Part shown: positions 30,679 through 41,445 of the stretch, piece after piece
Position numbering within the stretch: the first letter of the stretch is position 1
Layout: each line of letters begins with the position of its first letter
Assembly (NCBI GenBank): GCA_002368155.1
Contig: AP018180.1
Coordinates: 4,199,380 to 4,263,379, forward strand
Direction: 5' to 3'
Source of the DNA: Nostoc carneum NIES-2107
Lineage (GTDB): Bacteria; Cyanobacteriota; Cyanobacteriia; Cyanobacteriales; Nostocaceae
Length of the DNA stretch: 64,000 nt
Made by a program: the position numbers and the translations under genes
The notes under the pieces: generated by a model
The model's input: only the letters and a program-made list of their open reading frames with translations
What the model was told of the DNA's origin: nothing
Database searches by the model: none

Positions 30679-31225
30679 AAAACCCCGTCCGGGTCAAAAG
30701 ACACTACCCTGTCACGGTAGCCCATGTAACTTAATGCAAAACTCTGCGGTGTAGGTGCTTACTACTAGCGATCGCTCTGCGATCCGAAGTAGTAACAGTG
30801 AAGGAGCTAGAGCAAATGTTCTCTCCCTAACTTGAGTATGTCCCTTCCTTTGTTACATCTGGTTTCTCTAGGGAGATTCTGGAATTGGCAAGGAGAACGG
30901 CGTATCTGAGCGCTGTTTTTTCTAGGTTACCTTAGGGTAATTTAGGGAATTTAGCAGTTCTCTTAATCCAGTTTTGGAGATGCTATTTGCCCGCAAATGA
31001 ACTGTAAACACCTACATTTGCAGAGTTTTAAAATATAATGTAGTATATGTAATACAAAACAATTAAGCTTATAACTGACTGAAGTAGGTAATGTAACACA
31101 AAAGTATTTTTCTCTTGGCTTTACAAAAAATTAGCTCAACGAAAATAGAGGGTAAATTTTCTCAGCCAAAGTTATAAATATTGTTATCAAACCTGCTGCG
31201 GCAGCTATGACTACCTCAATTAACT

Positions 31226-32764
31226 ATGCAATTTTCTATGTGGAAGACTTTCTATATCAAACCTAATGAAATTGGTATTTTATATCATCGTAGTGATTTT
31301 AAAAGAATCTTACAGCCTGGTACCCATACTTATTTAGGTTGGCATTGGCAAGTAAAAACCTTTGACCTGAATCAACCAGAAGCTAATATTAATAACTTAG
31401 AATTGTTACTTAGAAATCACAGTTCACAATTACAGGAATATTTATTAGTAGTAAGAACTGCATTTAATCAAGTTGCTTTAGTACGCGTGGGGCAAACTTG
31501 GGTGAGCGTTCTACCCAATCAACTGCGGGCTTTTTGGCGTGGTTTTATTGAAGTAGAATCTCATATCTTCAACTTGGATGAAAGTTTAGAATTGCCTGCT
31601 GAATTTGTACAGCAAGTACGCCTAACTACGATCAATGGGCTAAAAAAGTTCATAATTTCTGAGTATGAAATTGGGTTGCTGTATGAGCAAAATAACTTTG
31701 TGCGTCCTTTAGAACCAGGAGATTATGCTTTTTGGACTGTGAATCGAGATGTTTCGGTTCGCTCTTTAAGTCGAATTGTTCCTAATCCTAGCTTTCCTTT
31801 AGAAGATGTACTAATCGAAAAACATCCTGAATTTGTAGCGGCTTACTGCGAGATAGTACAATTACAGAACCAGCAAGTAGCAATTGTACGCTATCAAGGA
31901 AAAGTAATTGCTATTTTAGCACCATGCGATCGCAAACTTTTCTGGCAAGGTGTTGCAGTAGAAGTGATTGACATCAGCACCGATGCGAAGTTGCCTTCTC
32001 GCTTAGTTGCAGAGTTAGTAGCAGGTTTACCAGAGGCTTTATCTTTGAGCCGCAATAGTTTGCATATTTGCGATGTACCAACACAGCACGTAGGCTTACT
32101 GTATATTGATCAAGAATTTCAAACTCAACTCCAGCCTGGAAAGCACGCATGGTGGGTATTTGGGCGTTCTTGGCAAACGCAAGTCTTTGATTTGCGTCAG
32201 CAAACTCTCGAAGTATCTGGCCAAGATATCCTTTCTAAGGATAAAGTGCCTTTGCGTTTAAACTTAACTGCTGGTTATCGCATTCTCGACCCCCTGAGAG
32301 CCAAAAACGCTTTAGTAGATATTACTGGCTACTTATACAAAGAGTTACAGTTTGCTTTGCGTGGCGCAGTTGGGGAAAAAACTCTGGATGCGTTGCTAGA
32401 GGATAAAGGTGCAATTGATAGAAGCATCTCTGAATATATTCGCCAGAAAACCGCAGACTATGGAATAGAAGTAGATTCCGTAGGGGTGAAAGATATTATT
32501 CTTCCTGGTGAAATCAAGACGATTTTGAGCAAGGTAGTAGAAGCGGAAAAAGCTGCTCAAGCTAACGTAGTTCGTCGTCGTGAAGAAACTGCTGCTACTC
32601 GCAGTATGTTGAATACTGCCAAGGTAATGGAAGATAATCCCGTAGCGTTGCGGTTGAAGGAATTGGAAGTACTAGAGCGAATTGCTGAGAAAATTGAAAA
32701 AATTCAAGTTAATGGCAGTTTGGATAGTATTTTAACTGAGCTAATTCGGATTAATAGGGAGTAG
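31226..32764 (+). CDS. SPFH/band-7 (stomatin/slipin-like) protein with three tandem N-terminal beta-modules
   Basis: C-terminal ~200 aa shows the SPFH signature (GIEVDSVGVKDIILPGEIK...AEKAAQANVVRRREE, coiled-coil tail). The N-terminus repeats (QPGTHTYLGWHWQVKTFDL / EPGDYAFWTVNRDVSVRSL / QPGKHAWWVFGRSWQTQVFDL). Confidence 0.7.
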   Translation: MQFSMWKTFYIKPNEIGILYHRSDFKRILQPGTHTYLGWHWQVKTFDLNQPEANINNLELLLRNHSSQLQEYLLVVRTAFNQVALVRVGQTWVSVLPNQLRAFWRGFIEVESHIFNLDESLELPAEFVQQVRLTTINGLKKFIISEYEIGLLYEQNNFVRPLEPGDYAFWTVNRDVSVRSLSRIVPNPSFPLEDVLIEKHPEFVAAYCEIVQLQNQQVAIVRYQGKVIAILAPCDRKLFWQGVAVEVIDISTDAKLPSRLVAELVAGLPEALSLSRNSLHICDVPTQHVGLLYIDQEFQTQLQPGKHAWWVFGRSWQTQVFDLRQQTLEVSGQDILSKDKVPLRLNLTAGYRILDPLRAKNALVDITGYLYKELQFALRGAVGEKTLDALLEDKGAIDRSISEYIRQKTADYGIEVDSVGVKDIILPGEIKTILSKVVEAEKAAQANVVRRREETAATRSMLNTAKVMEDNPVALRLKELEVLERIAEKIEKIQVNGSLDSILTELIRINRE

Positions 32765-32976
32765 GGACTGGGGATTGGGAAATGGGTAAATTACAACCTG
32801 TTTTCTTTTCCCTTTTCCTTTTTGTAATACTGCATCGATTTTGGATTTTTAAGACCAAATCGAATAATGTTTGCGGCACATCAATAATATTCTAGAGGGC
32901 AAGGCACTGCCTTGCCCCTACAATCTTTCGCATGATTTTTTCAAATTGGCATAGTTTCAAATTTCGCTTGGCGTTA

Positions 32977-33261
32977 TTAGTATTTATAAAGCTGCTCAAT
33001 CCACATAGATACATCAGCTTCGGAGCCGGAAGAGAAAGATTTGCCTGTAGCGGGATCGTAAGCTCGCCAATAGGTATTACCTTGGCGGTCAGACTTTTGT
33101 ACTACTTGTAATTCGTTGGGATCGGCCGTTAGTGTTGCGATCACATTTTTGCAGAAATCAGAAAAGGCTTGGACAACAGATTTGAAAATATCACTTCTGA
33201 ACTTTCTATTAAAAATTATTTTGCTGGTTTGCAATGATCTAATTTCATTTTTCATAACCAT
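32977..33261 (-). CDS. Small hypothetical protein (94 aa)
   Basis: Isolated ORF in an otherwise empty intergenic region. No recognisable motif. Confidence 0.3.
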   Translation of the reverse strand: MVMKNEIRSLQTSKIIFNRKFRSDIFKSVVQAFSDFCKNVIATLTADPNELQVVQKSDRQGNTYWRAYDPATGKSFSSGSEADVSMWIEQLYKY

Positions 33262-33360
33262 TTCTCGATAGATGCTCTCTATAACAGCAACTCTAACAAC
33301 ACCTGAGTAAACAATCCAATAATGGCTTGCATAGTTTCTATAAATGCCATTTATAGTCGG

Positions 33361-33500
33361 GGATTAGGGATTGGGGACTAGGGACTGGGGATTGGGGTGA
33401 TGAGGGAACAAGGGGAAAATTACAATTACCAATTACCAATTACCAATTACCAATTACCAATTACCAATTACCAATTACCCAATGCCCAATGCCACAATTT
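33361..33500. repeat. STRR block: (GGGGATT/GGGGACT)n followed by (CCAATTA)n and (CCAATGC)n heptamers
   Basis: Tandem heptamers visible directly (ggggattagggattggggactagggactgggg ... ccaattaccaattacc x7 ... cccaatgcccaatgcc). Confidence 0.85.
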
Positions 33501-33527
33501 AAGATGTTCTAAAAGCGATCGCATCAA

Positions 33528-34427
33528 TTGACCATGAAACTCTTTCAACTTCGAGCTGTAGTTGCAGTAGCAGATTGCGGTAACTTTAGTGAGGCTGCTT
33601 TGACATTGCAACTTTCTCAACCAGCAGTGAGCCACGCCATTGCTACCTTAGAAGAAGAATTGGGTGTACCTCTATTTGCTAGGGGTCGTCATGGTGCTGT
33701 ACTTACGCCTGCGGGAGAGCGCATTTTATACCACGCGCGGCAGGCATTGCAACATTTGGAGATGATGGAACGGGAAGCTGATTTACATAAAGGCTTGCAT
33801 GGTGGCCATGTAAGGATTGCAGCTTTTCGCAGTGTGGCTACTCATTTACTACCAAAAGCGATCGCACAATTTCACGAAAAATTTCCAGAAGTAGCTGTCA
33901 CAATCATAGAATGTCCAGCTTTCCCGGATGTAGAACAATGCTTGCGAGACGGACGTGCTGATATTGGGATTACTTGTCTCCCTACTAGTGATGAATTTGA
34001 AGCCTGGGAAATTTTCCGGGATGATTATGTAGCTTTGATTCCGCCACAGACAACAACTAAAAGGGAGGAAATTACCTGGGAAGAAATCGCCGCCTATCCA
34101 CCAGTATTGCTTCCCTGTACACCTTGCGGACGGATTCTGCACAATCACCTCAAAGTTGTAGAAATCCCCATTCATACCGCTAGCGACATTCAAGAAGATT
34201 CTACTGTTGTGAGTATGGTTAACCAAGGGCTGAGAGCCGCTATTATGCCTCGGCTAGCAGCTGTTCCGATTCCCCCAAAGGTGCAAGTATACAGTTTACC
34301 TGTACCTTTAGAAAGAATTATTGGCGTTGCCATTTTATCAAAGGCTCTCCATGTACCGGCAGTATTCACTTTTTTAGAAATGCTGAGAAAATTTGATTTT
34401 TATAGTTTGGCTCAATTTATTTATTGA
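33528..34427 (+). CDS. LysR-family transcriptional regulator
   Basis: N-terminal HTH (LFQLRAVVAVADCGNFSEAALTLQLSQPAVSHAIATLEEELGVPLF) and a LysR substrate-binding fold. Confidence 0.85.
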   Translation: MTMKLFQLRAVVAVADCGNFSEAALTLQLSQPAVSHAIATLEEELGVPLFARGRHGAVLTPAGERILYHARQALQHLEMMEREADLHKGLHGGHVRIAAFRSVATHLLPKAIAQFHEKFPEVAVTIIECPAFPDVEQCLRDGRADIGITCLPTSDEFEAWEIFRDDYVALIPPQTTTKREEITWEEIAAYPPVLLPCTPCGRILHNHLKVVEIPIHTASDIQEDSTVVSMVNQGLRAAIMPRLAAVPIPPKVQVYSLPVPLERIIGVAILSKALHVPAVFTFLEMLRKFDFYSLAQFIY

Positions 34428-34521
34428 TAATTGGGCGATTTTATAGCAATCCGATTTGATTTGTGAGAAAATACTGAGACGGCAATAAAGTATGATTTAT
34501 AACAAGTTTTGAGTTGTAGCG

Positions 34522-35013
34522 ATGTGGATGCAATTATTAGAAGATTTTATCAGACAAAGCTTGGATAAACGTGAAATTACACGGGCAATGGCAGTCAAAA
34601 TGCTGCTGTGTGGATATAAACATAAAGAGATAATGCCAATATTGGGGGTTTCATCAGGCTTTATAAGTACATGGAAAAAAGCATTTTTTCAAAACGGAGT
34701 TGAGGGTTTAAAGTTAGCACATAAAGGCAGCAAGGGATTTTTGGATGCACAACAACATCGGTCTGTCATTGAATGGTTGCAAACCAAGGAGCAATGGACT
34801 CTTAATGAGTTGGAGTATCAAATTGCATCTAAGTATGGAGTGATATTTGAGTCCAAACAAAGCTACTATGATTTGTTTAAAGAAGCACGTATTAGTTGGA
34901 AGAAAGCTCAAGCTAATAATCCAAAGCATGATCCAGAATTAGTTGCCTTAAAAAAAAAGAAATTAGTAAATTGTTGGAGACGCGAAGAGCCGAAATCGAG
35001 TCTGGCAAACTAG
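34522..35013 (+). CDS. IS630-family transposase, N-terminal HTH/DNA-binding part (orfA)
   Basis: Helix-turn-helix-like N-terminus. Ends just after the slippery run AAAAAAAAAG. Confidence 0.6.
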   Translation: MWMQLLEDFIRQSLDKREITRAMAVKMLLCGYKHKEIMPILGVSSGFISTWKKAFFQNGVEGLKLAHKGSKGFLDAQQHRSVIEWLQTKEQWTLNELEYQIASKYGVIFESKQSYYDLFKEARISWKKAQANNPKHDPELVALKKKKLVNCWRREEPKSSLAN

Positions 35014-35546
35014 TTGTGTTCATGGTTGATGAATGCCATTTACTCTGGGGAGATATCTGTGGATATATCTGGGGTCAAATGAGTGAGCGCATATTAATTC
35101 CAGTTGTCAATGCTCGTGATAAACAAACATACTTTGGTGCATTAGACTATAAAACAAAGGAATTTCTCACCTATTCTGCCAATAAAGGTAACTCGGAAAA
35201 CACAATTAATTTCTTGGATTATCTTCGTTCACAACGCCCTGGTGCAAAACTTTTAATCATTTGGGATGGAGCTAGTTATCATCGGTCGCAAAAAATCAAA
35301 GATTATTTAGACTCTTTGAATGCGGATTTAGAAAAAGAAGAATGGGTGATAACTTGTGAAAGATTTGCCCCACATGCACCCCAACAAAATCCTGTAGAAG
35401 ATATTTGGTTACAAGGAAAAAGACTGATTCGAGAGTTTTATTTTCTCTGTCATTCTTTTTCTGTTGTTAAGGCCTTATTTGAGTTGTCAGTGCATGGTCA
35501 AATTTTTAACTTCCCTAAGCTTCATGAATATGGTGTTTTCTCATGA
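34971..35546 (+). CDS. IS630-family transposase, DDE catalytic part (orfB), probably expressed by programmed frameshift from orfA
   Basis: DDE_3-like segments (VFMVDECHL, LIIWDGASYHRS, APHAPQQNPVEDIW). The frame is reachable by a -1 shift in the A9 run. Confidence 0.6.
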   Translation: MLETRRAEIESGKLVVFMVDECHLLWGDICGYIWGQMSERILIPVVNARDKQTYFGALDYKTKEFLTYSANKGNSENTINFLDYLRSQRPGAKLLIIWDGASYHRSQKIKDYLDSLNADLEKEEWVITCERFAPHAPQQNPVEDIWLQGKRLIREFYFLCHSFSVVKALFELSVHGQIFNFPKLHEYGVFS

Positions 35547-36180
35547 ATGATTTAGGATTGCTATATATTATTTTGTGTACTGCTGCGATAATAAGATTCT
35601 TTTCAGTTTTATATCAAATTGCTACAAGTTTTATCTTTTAATTATCATGCCAAAGCTTGTGAAGAATTGATACAAATCTAGATACATAAGACTACAGTAA
35701 ATAGTATCTTTAACAGAAGTAATTCAATTCAATAAAACATAAAACCTAAATAGGGAGGCAAAAAGCAAGGAAATTTTGTTTCCAAGTTTTGTGGAAGTTG
35801 CTACCGCTTTAGACACCTCCACATTGAACTTGCATACAGCCAACCGCCAGAATAACTATCAACAAATTAGTTTTTCATTTTCACAGCGAACTCTTAACAG
35901 GTAATCCCAAATTAGTATAGCCAGCATTGTTTGAGAATCCGTAAACAGCCAGATGTTCAAGATTTTCAATCTACAATTTGGATCACAGGTGTTCAAGGGA
36001 CTGCCCAACAATATTTTCTTTTTCCCCCTGCCCCCTGCCCCTCTGCCCCTCTGCCTACTTCAAGAGTTCCCTACCCCGTTGGCACAGCCTCTCATCAGGG
36101 GTTTGTTGAATGAGCGAATTTTGAATTGCTTCACGTTTCTTTTTTCTGGGAAACTCAGCTAAATCAAAAGGAGAAGACCC

Positions 36181-37764
36181 ATGAAGGTTGGTATCCCCAA
36201 GGAAGTTTACCCTGGCGAACAGCGTGTAGCTGTCACGCCAGACACAGCCAAGCGGCTACAAAAACTTGGCTTTGATGTACTTGTAGAAACGAGCGCAGGT
36301 TGCGGGGCAAATTTTGCCGATGATGCCTATAGGCAAGCCCAATGCCACATTATTGCTGATGCTGCAACTCTTTGGGCAGAGGCAGATATTGTACTCAAGG
36401 TACGCCCACCCCAAATGCATCCCGAGTTAGGCAAAGATGAAACAGATTTGTTGCGTGAGGGCAGCACAATCATTGGTTTTATCTGGCCTGCCCAAAATGC
36501 CCAACTACTGCAAAAACTGCTAGAACGCAAAGCTACAGCGCTGGCGATGGATGCAATCCCACGCATTAGCCGCGCCCAAAAAATGGATGCTTTGAGTTCT
36601 ATGGCCAATCTTGCTGGGTACCGGGCTGTAATTGAAGCTGCTAACCACTTTGGACGCTTCTTTAACGGTCAAATTACAGCCGCGGGTAAAGTTCCACCAG
36701 CGAAGATATTGGTGATTGGTGTGGGTGTAGCTGGGCTAGCCGCCATTGGTACAGCTAAAGGATTGGGGGCAATTGTGCGGGCATTTGATACCCGCTTGGT
36801 GGTAAAAGAACAAGTAGAAAGCCTGGGCGCAGAGTTTCTCGAACTCAACTTTGCTGAGGATGGTACTGGTGAAGGTGGCTACGCCAAGGTAATGAGCGAT
36901 GAATTTATCAAAGCAGAGATGGAACTGTTTGCAGAGCAAGCAAAGGATGTTGACATCATCATTACCACAGCCTTGATTCCTGGGAGAACAGCACCCATAC
37001 TGATTACTCAAGCAATGGTTGAGAGTATGAAAGAGGGTTCTGTAGTCGTTGATTTGGCAGCAGAACAGGGAGGTAATTGCGCTTGTACCCATCCTCATGA
37101 AATTTACCGTCATCACGGAGTCACAATTGTTGGGTTAACTGACTTACCCAGCCGCATGGCGCAACAAGCCAGTCAGCTTTACGGGACAAATCTTTGCCAT
37201 CTGTTAGAAGAAATGGGAGGGGCGAGTAAATACCAAGTAAATCTGGAAGATGAGGTAGTGCGCGGTGCTTTAGTTGCCTATGCGGGTGAGATTACTTGGC
37301 CACCACCAAAATTTGAGAAAAAGGTGGAGGTAAAAGTCGAGAAAGTAGTAGAACAAGTTAAAGAAACGCCGCCAGTATTAGCAACTACACCTACAGCACC
37401 AATTTCTCAAACTTCCCAAGGAGGGGGCGGAGTTAACTTTTTTTGGCTATTAATAGTGGCTTTAGCTTTAGTAGGTATTGGAATCACTGCCCCGCCAGAA
37501 TTCCTAGCCCATTTCACCGTATTTGTTTTAGCTTGCTTTATTGGTTGGCAAGTCATTTGGAATGTGAAACCTGCTTTGCACACACCACTGATGAGCGTTA
37601 CTAATGCCATTAGCGGCATCATTATTATTGGCGGTATGGTGCAAATATCCGGTGCCAACTCAGCTACTACCATCCTAGGCGCGATCGCAATTTTAGTAGG
37701 CACGATTAATATTTCCGGTGGTTTCCTCGTCACCCAACGAATGCTCAAGATGTTCCAAAAATAG
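36181..37764 (+). CDS. pntA: NAD(P) transhydrogenase subunit alpha (fused alpha1+alpha2 form)
   Basis: [14 protein letters not shown] start; AlaDH/PNT NAD-binding domain ([16 protein letters not shown]); C-terminal transmembrane helices. Confidence 0.85.
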   Translation: MKVGIPKEVYPGEQRVAVTPDTAKRLQKLGFDVLVETSAGCGANFADDAYRQAQCHIIADAATLWAEADIVLKVRPPQMHPELGKDETDLLREGSTIIGFIWPAQNAQLLQKLLERKATALAMDAIPRISRAQKMDALSSMANLAGYRAVIEAANHFGRFFNGQITAAGKVPPAKILVIGVGVAGLAAIGTAKGLGAIVRAFDTRLVVKEQVESLGAEFLELNFAEDGTGEGGYAKVMSDEFIKAEMELFAEQAKDVDIIITTALIPGRTAPILITQAMVESMKEGSVVVDLAAEQGGNCACTHPHEIYRHHGVTIVGLTDLPSRMAQQASQLYGTNLCHLLEEMGGASKYQVNLEDEVVRGALVAYAGEITWPPPKFEKKVEVKVEKVVEQVKETPPVLATTPTAPISQTSQGGGGVNFFWLLIVALALVGIGITAPPEFLAHFTVFVLACFIGWQVIWNVKPALHTPLMSVTNAISGIIIIGGMVQISGANSATTILGAIAILVGTINISGGFLVTQRMLKMFQK

Positions 37765-37773
37765 AAGAAATTT

Positions 37774-39216
37774 ATGTCAAATAATTTACTGACAGTGGCG
37801 TACATTGTAGCTAGCGCCTTATTCATTCTCAGTTTGGGAGGGCTTTCTGACCAGGAAACCGCTCGTAAAGGCAATATTTACGGCATTGTGGGGATGTTGA
37901 TTGCTTTTGTTGCCACTACACTTACCCTAAATACCAACGCCTACGCTATCTTAGCTACTGTCGCGATTCCCGGAGCGATTGTAGGTGCCATTGTCGCCTC
38001 ACGGGTAGCAATGACATCTATGCCAGAACTCGTGGCAATTCTCCATAGTTTTGTAGGGATGGCAGCAGTTTTGGTAGGCGTTGCTAATTATCTCCAAGAA
38101 ACGCCACTGACTGCCGTAGAAGCAACTATCCACCAAGTAGAAATTTATATTGGGGTGTTTATTGGGGCAGTTACCTTTACAGGTTCAATAGTTGCCTTTG
38201 GAAAACTGCGAGGCATCATCAGCAGCAAACCACTATTACTTCCAGGGCGGCACATCCTCAATCTAGGGATGCTAACAGCTGTTCTGTGGTTAGGTAGCCA
38301 GTTTCTCGGCACAGCATCCCTCCCTGGATTGCAACTACTACTAATCATGTCTGCAATTGCCTGCGTTTTAGGCGTTCATCTCGTCATGGCAATTGGTGGT
38401 GCAGATATGCCAGTGGTAATTTCTATGCTCAACAGCTACTCTGGTTGGGCGGCTGCGGCGGCTGGTTTCATGCTATCCAACGATTTGCTGATTATTACAG
38501 GTGCATTGGTGGGCAGTAGTGGCGCTATCCTCAGCTACATCATGTGTAAAGCCATGAACCGTTCCTTTATCAGCGTCATTTTGGGAGGTTTTGGCGCTCA
38601 AACCACAACTGCGGAAGCTGGCGAACAACCTACAGGCAAATTCACCGCCACCACAATAGAAGACACAGTAGAACTCTTATACCGCGCCAAGAGTGTAATT
38701 ATCGTCCCTGGCTATGGCATGGCGGTAGCTCAAGCGCAACATGGAGTTTCCGAAATTGTCAAACAACTGCGCGATCGCGGCGTTAAAATTCGCTTTGGTA
38801 TCCATCCCGTAGCTGGCAGAATGCCCGGACACATGAACGTGCTATTAGCAGAGGCGAAAGTGCCTTACGACATCGTTTTAGAAATGGATGAAATTAATCA
38901 CGACTTCCCCGAAACAGATGTAGTTTTGGTAATTGGCGCTAACGACACCGTCAACCCCAGCGCCTTAGAAAACCCCAACAGTCCCATAGCCGGAATGCCA
39001 GTCTTAGAAGTTTGGAAAGCTGGCACAGTCATCGTCATGAAACGCAGCATGGCTAGCGGCTACGCTGGCGTAGAAAATCCCCTCTTCTACAAAGACAACA
39101 CCCTAATGTTGTTTGGCGATGCCAAGAAAAACATTGACGCGACGGTTGCCAAACTCACCCAATTAAAAGCAGATGCAGCAAGTCTGAATTTGGCAGCGAC
39201 AAGGGTATTAACTTAA
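37774..39216 (+). CDS. pntB: NAD(P) transhydrogenase subunit beta
   Basis: Polytopic N-terminal domain plus a C-terminal dIII NADP(H)-binding domain ([16 protein letters not shown]; [12 protein letters not shown]). Confidence 0.9.
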   Translation: MSNNLLTVAYIVASALFILSLGGLSDQETARKGNIYGIVGMLIAFVATTLTLNTNAYAILATVAIPGAIVGAIVASRVAMTSMPELVAILHSFVGMAAVLVGVANYLQETPLTAVEATIHQVEIYIGVFIGAVTFTGSIVAFGKLRGIISSKPLLLPGRHILNLGMLTAVLWLGSQFLGTASLPGLQLLLIMSAIACVLGVHLVMAIGGADMPVVISMLNSYSGWAAAAAGFMLSNDLLIITGALVGSSGAILSYIMCKAMNRSFISVILGGFGAQTTTAEAGEQPTGKFTATTIEDTVELLYRAKSVIIVPGYGMAVAQAQHGVSEIVKQLRDRGVKIRFGIHPVAGRMPGHMNVLLAEAKVPYDIVLEMDEINHDFPETDVVLVIGANDTVNPSALENPNSPIAGMPVLEVWKAGTVIVMKRSMASGYAGVENPLFYKDNTLMLFGDAKKNIDATVAKLTQLKADAASLNLAATRVLT

Positions 39217-39224
39217 TAGGCATG

Positions 39225-39345
39225 GGGCATTGGGCATTGGGCATGGGGTAATGGGAATTTCTCCTCTACCCCCTCTGCTCCCTCATCCCCCTCATCCAAT
39301 CCCCAATCCCCAGTCCCCAATCCCCAATCCCCCATCCATGAGAAA
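39225..39345. repeat. STRR block (GGGCATT/GGGCATG heptamers, then CCCCAAT/CCCCAGT heptamers)
   Basis: Tandem heptamers visible directly. They generate spurious ORFs on both strands. Confidence 0.85.
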
Positions 39346-39407
39346 AGTAGCAGTTTGGGAAGAGCAGCCAAACTGCTACTGGGAGCAGAAAGAATCAAGA
39401 TTATGCG

Positions 39408-39971
39408 CTAGTTGGCGTGAGCGACTTCTTTTGTAGCGGCAGAAATATCGATCACTTTGGCGAAATCAGACAGTACATCCTGTAATCTCTGGGCAATTTC
39501 TGCATCTAGCTGAATACTGCCATCAGCTTGTACTTGAATTTGCTTATCGATACTGTAGATAGTACTGAGGATGTGCCGCGCTCCTAATTCGGATAGCACG
39601 GGTTTTAACGCATATTCTATTGCTAATAAATGGGCGATTGTTCCGCCTGTAGCTAGAGGAAGTACAACTTTTCCGGCTAAAGATTTCTGGGGTAACAAAT
39701 CCAAGAATGCTTTTAAGACACCTGTGTAAGCGGCTTTATAAATAGGTGTAGCAATAATTACCCCATCAGCTTTTTCTAAAAGAGCTTTTGGTTTTTCTAA
39801 AGCTGAACTATCGTAACGTCCATAAGCTAAATCTTCCGCCGGAATATCGCGCACTGAGATAATATCTACCGTTACGCCTTGCTGTACAAGCAGTTTGCTA
39901 GCATACTCCAGTAAAGAGTAGGTACGGGAAGGATGGGAAGGACTACCTGCCATCGCTAAAATATGAGCCAT
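39408..39971 (-). CDS. ssuE: NADPH-dependent FMN reductase (SsuE-like)
   Basis: ILAMAGSPSHPSRT flavodoxin-like NADPH-dependent FMN reductase fold. Lies immediately downstream of the ssuD-like gene. Confidence 0.65.
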   Translation of the reverse strand: MAHILAMAGSPSHPSRTYSLLEYASKLLVQQGVTVDIISVRDIPAEDLAYGRYDSSALEKPKALLEKADGVIIATPIYKAAYTGVLKAFLDLLPQKSLAGKVVLPLATGGTIAHLLAIEYALKPVLSELGARHILSTIYSIDKQIQVQADGSIQLDAEIAQRLQDVLSDFAKVIDISAATKEVAHAN

Positions 39972-40002
39972 GTTCTGAAGTTCTCCTGAGAATATTTTGC
40001 TA

Positions 40003-41163
40003 TTAATCTACAGTCGCAGCTGTTGGCTGATTAATTTGTGGTTTGGGAAATTCCTGATTAGCAACGATTTCGCCAAACGGACTTGTGAATTGTGGTTCAA
40101 TCGCAGGTAAGTTTTCTAAAGGCAAGCGTGGGAATAGTAATTCAGCCACACGATAGGCTTCCTCTAGATGGGGATAACCAGAGAAGATGAAGGTATCAAT
40201 CCCCAAGTCTGTATACTCCAACATTCTTTGAGCAACAGTATCGGGATCGCCTACTAAAGCAGTCCCCGCACCACCTCTCACTAAACCAATTCCCGCCCAT
40301 AAATTGGGACTAATTTCTAAAGCGTCGCGGCTACCCTTGTGTAATTCTTGCATCCGGCGCTGTCCTTCTGAATCCATACGGGCGTATGCTTCTTGAGTTT
40401 TAGCGATCGCATCTTCGTCTACATAGCGAATTAAATTATTCGCTGCATCCCAAGCTTGACTTTCAGTTTCCCTCACAATGACGTGCAGGCGAATACCAAA
40501 GCGGATTGTCCGTCCTTGCGCTTCTGCTAGCCGACGCACTGAGGCAATTTTTTGGGCAACTTGTGCAGGTGTTTCACCCCAAGTTAAGTAAACATCTACG
40601 TGCTTGGCAGCAATTTCTTGCGCGATGGGTGAAGAACCACCAAACCACAACGGCGGATAAGGTTTCTGCACAGGCGGAAATAGAATCTTACCGTCTTGGA
40701 TGTTGAGATAATCGCCTTGGAAGTTACTAACTTCATTAGCTGCGATTTGTCGCCAAACTGTCAAAAATTCATCGGTGAGTTTATAGCGATCATTATGGGA
40801 AAGATGCAAACCATCACCCGCCAACTCTACGGGATCGCCACCTGTAACCACATTAATTAGCAAGCGTCCACCAGAAATCCGGTCAAACGTCGCAGCCATC
40901 CGCGCCGCAACTCCTGGTGACATCAACCCTGGGCGAATCGCCACCAGAAACCGCATTTTTTTTGTATGGGTGACTAGCGTTGATGCCAAAATCCACGCAT
41001 CTTCACAAGAACGCCCTGTTGGTAACAAAGCACCTGTAAAACCCAAGTGATCGACGGCTTGGGCAATTTGTCGCCAATAATCAAAATTTACTGCCCTCCC
41101 GCCGATAGTAGTACCCAGATAGCGCCCTTCTCCGTGTGTGGGGATAAACCAAAGTAGTTGCAT
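40003..41163 (-). CDS. ssuD: Alkanesulfonate monooxygenase (FMNH2-dependent, LLM class)
   Basis: Strong recalled similarity to E. coli SsuD ([11 protein letters not shown]; [20 protein letters not shown]; [18 protein letters not shown]). Confidence 0.8.
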   Translation of the reverse strand: MQLLWFIPTHGEGRYLGTTIGGRAVNFDYWRQIAQAVDHLGFTGALLPTGRSCEDAWILASTLVTHTKKMRFLVAIRPGLMSPGVAARMAATFDRISGGRLLINVVTGGDPVELAGDGLHLSHNDRYKLTDEFLTVWRQIAANEVSNFQGDYLNIQDGKILFPPVQKPYPPLWFGGSSPIAQEIAAKHVDVYLTWGETPAQVAQKIASVRRLAEAQGRTIRFGIRLHVIVRETESQAWDAANNLIRYVDEDAIAKTQEAYARMDSEGQRRMQELHKGSRDALEISPNLWAGIGLVRGGAGTALVGDPDTVAQRMLEYTDLGIDTFIFSGYPHLEEAYRVAELLFPRLPLENLPAIEPQFTSPFGEIVANQEFPKPQINQPTAATVD

Positions 41164-41310
41164 AATCCCTATTTAATATGGCTGCAAAATCAGATTTACA
41201 TAAAACTACGGTAATTCTATGTGTATACCGTATTTATTTGTCATCTAAGAGTATTGCATAGGTATGCAGGGAAAGCAACAGGTTGAAAAGTCAATTGTAG
41301 AGACGCGATT

Positions 41311-41445
41311 AACTTAAGGGTCAAGGGTCAAGGGTCAAAGGTCAAAAGTAATTTGCCCCATTACCCATTACCCATTACCCATTACCCATTATCCATTACC
41401 CATTACCCATTCCCCATTCCCCATTACCCATTCCCCAACGCCCTC
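41311..41445. repeat. STRR block ((AAGGGTC)n, then (CCATTAC/CCATTCC)n)
   Basis: Tandem heptamers visible directly. It overlaps the 3' end of the SfnB-like ORF. Confidence 0.85.

Larger units (their letters stand above)
34442..35627. mobile_element. IS630/Tc1-mariner-family insertion sequence (~1.19 kb) with a frameshifted two-ORF transposase and imperfect terminal inverted repeats
   Basis: Left end TATAGCAATCCGATTTGAT... matches the right end read on the complementary strand (TGTAGCAATTTGATAT...). The internal HTH and DDE ORFs overlap at an A9 run (34951-34959). Confidence 0.65.

Noticed and set aside
35931-36162. Two overlapping small ORFs upstream of pntA
   Set aside because: They lie in the pntA leader/promoter region, which contains a CCCCTGCCCCTCTGCC repeat. 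No support as genes.
36181-37764. Possible split pntAA/pntAB as in many cyanobacteria
   Set aside because: The ORF is continuous (527 aa) through the transmembrane alpha2 portion. No internal stop was seen, so a fused PntA is called.
39213-39436. Short ORFs 39213-39398 (-) and 39230-39436 (+), and similar ones at 42562-42852, 53021-53270, 62451-62642
   Set aside because: They translate STRR heptamer repeats (GIGDWGLG..., PSPQSPI...). These are repeat-derived open frames, not genes.
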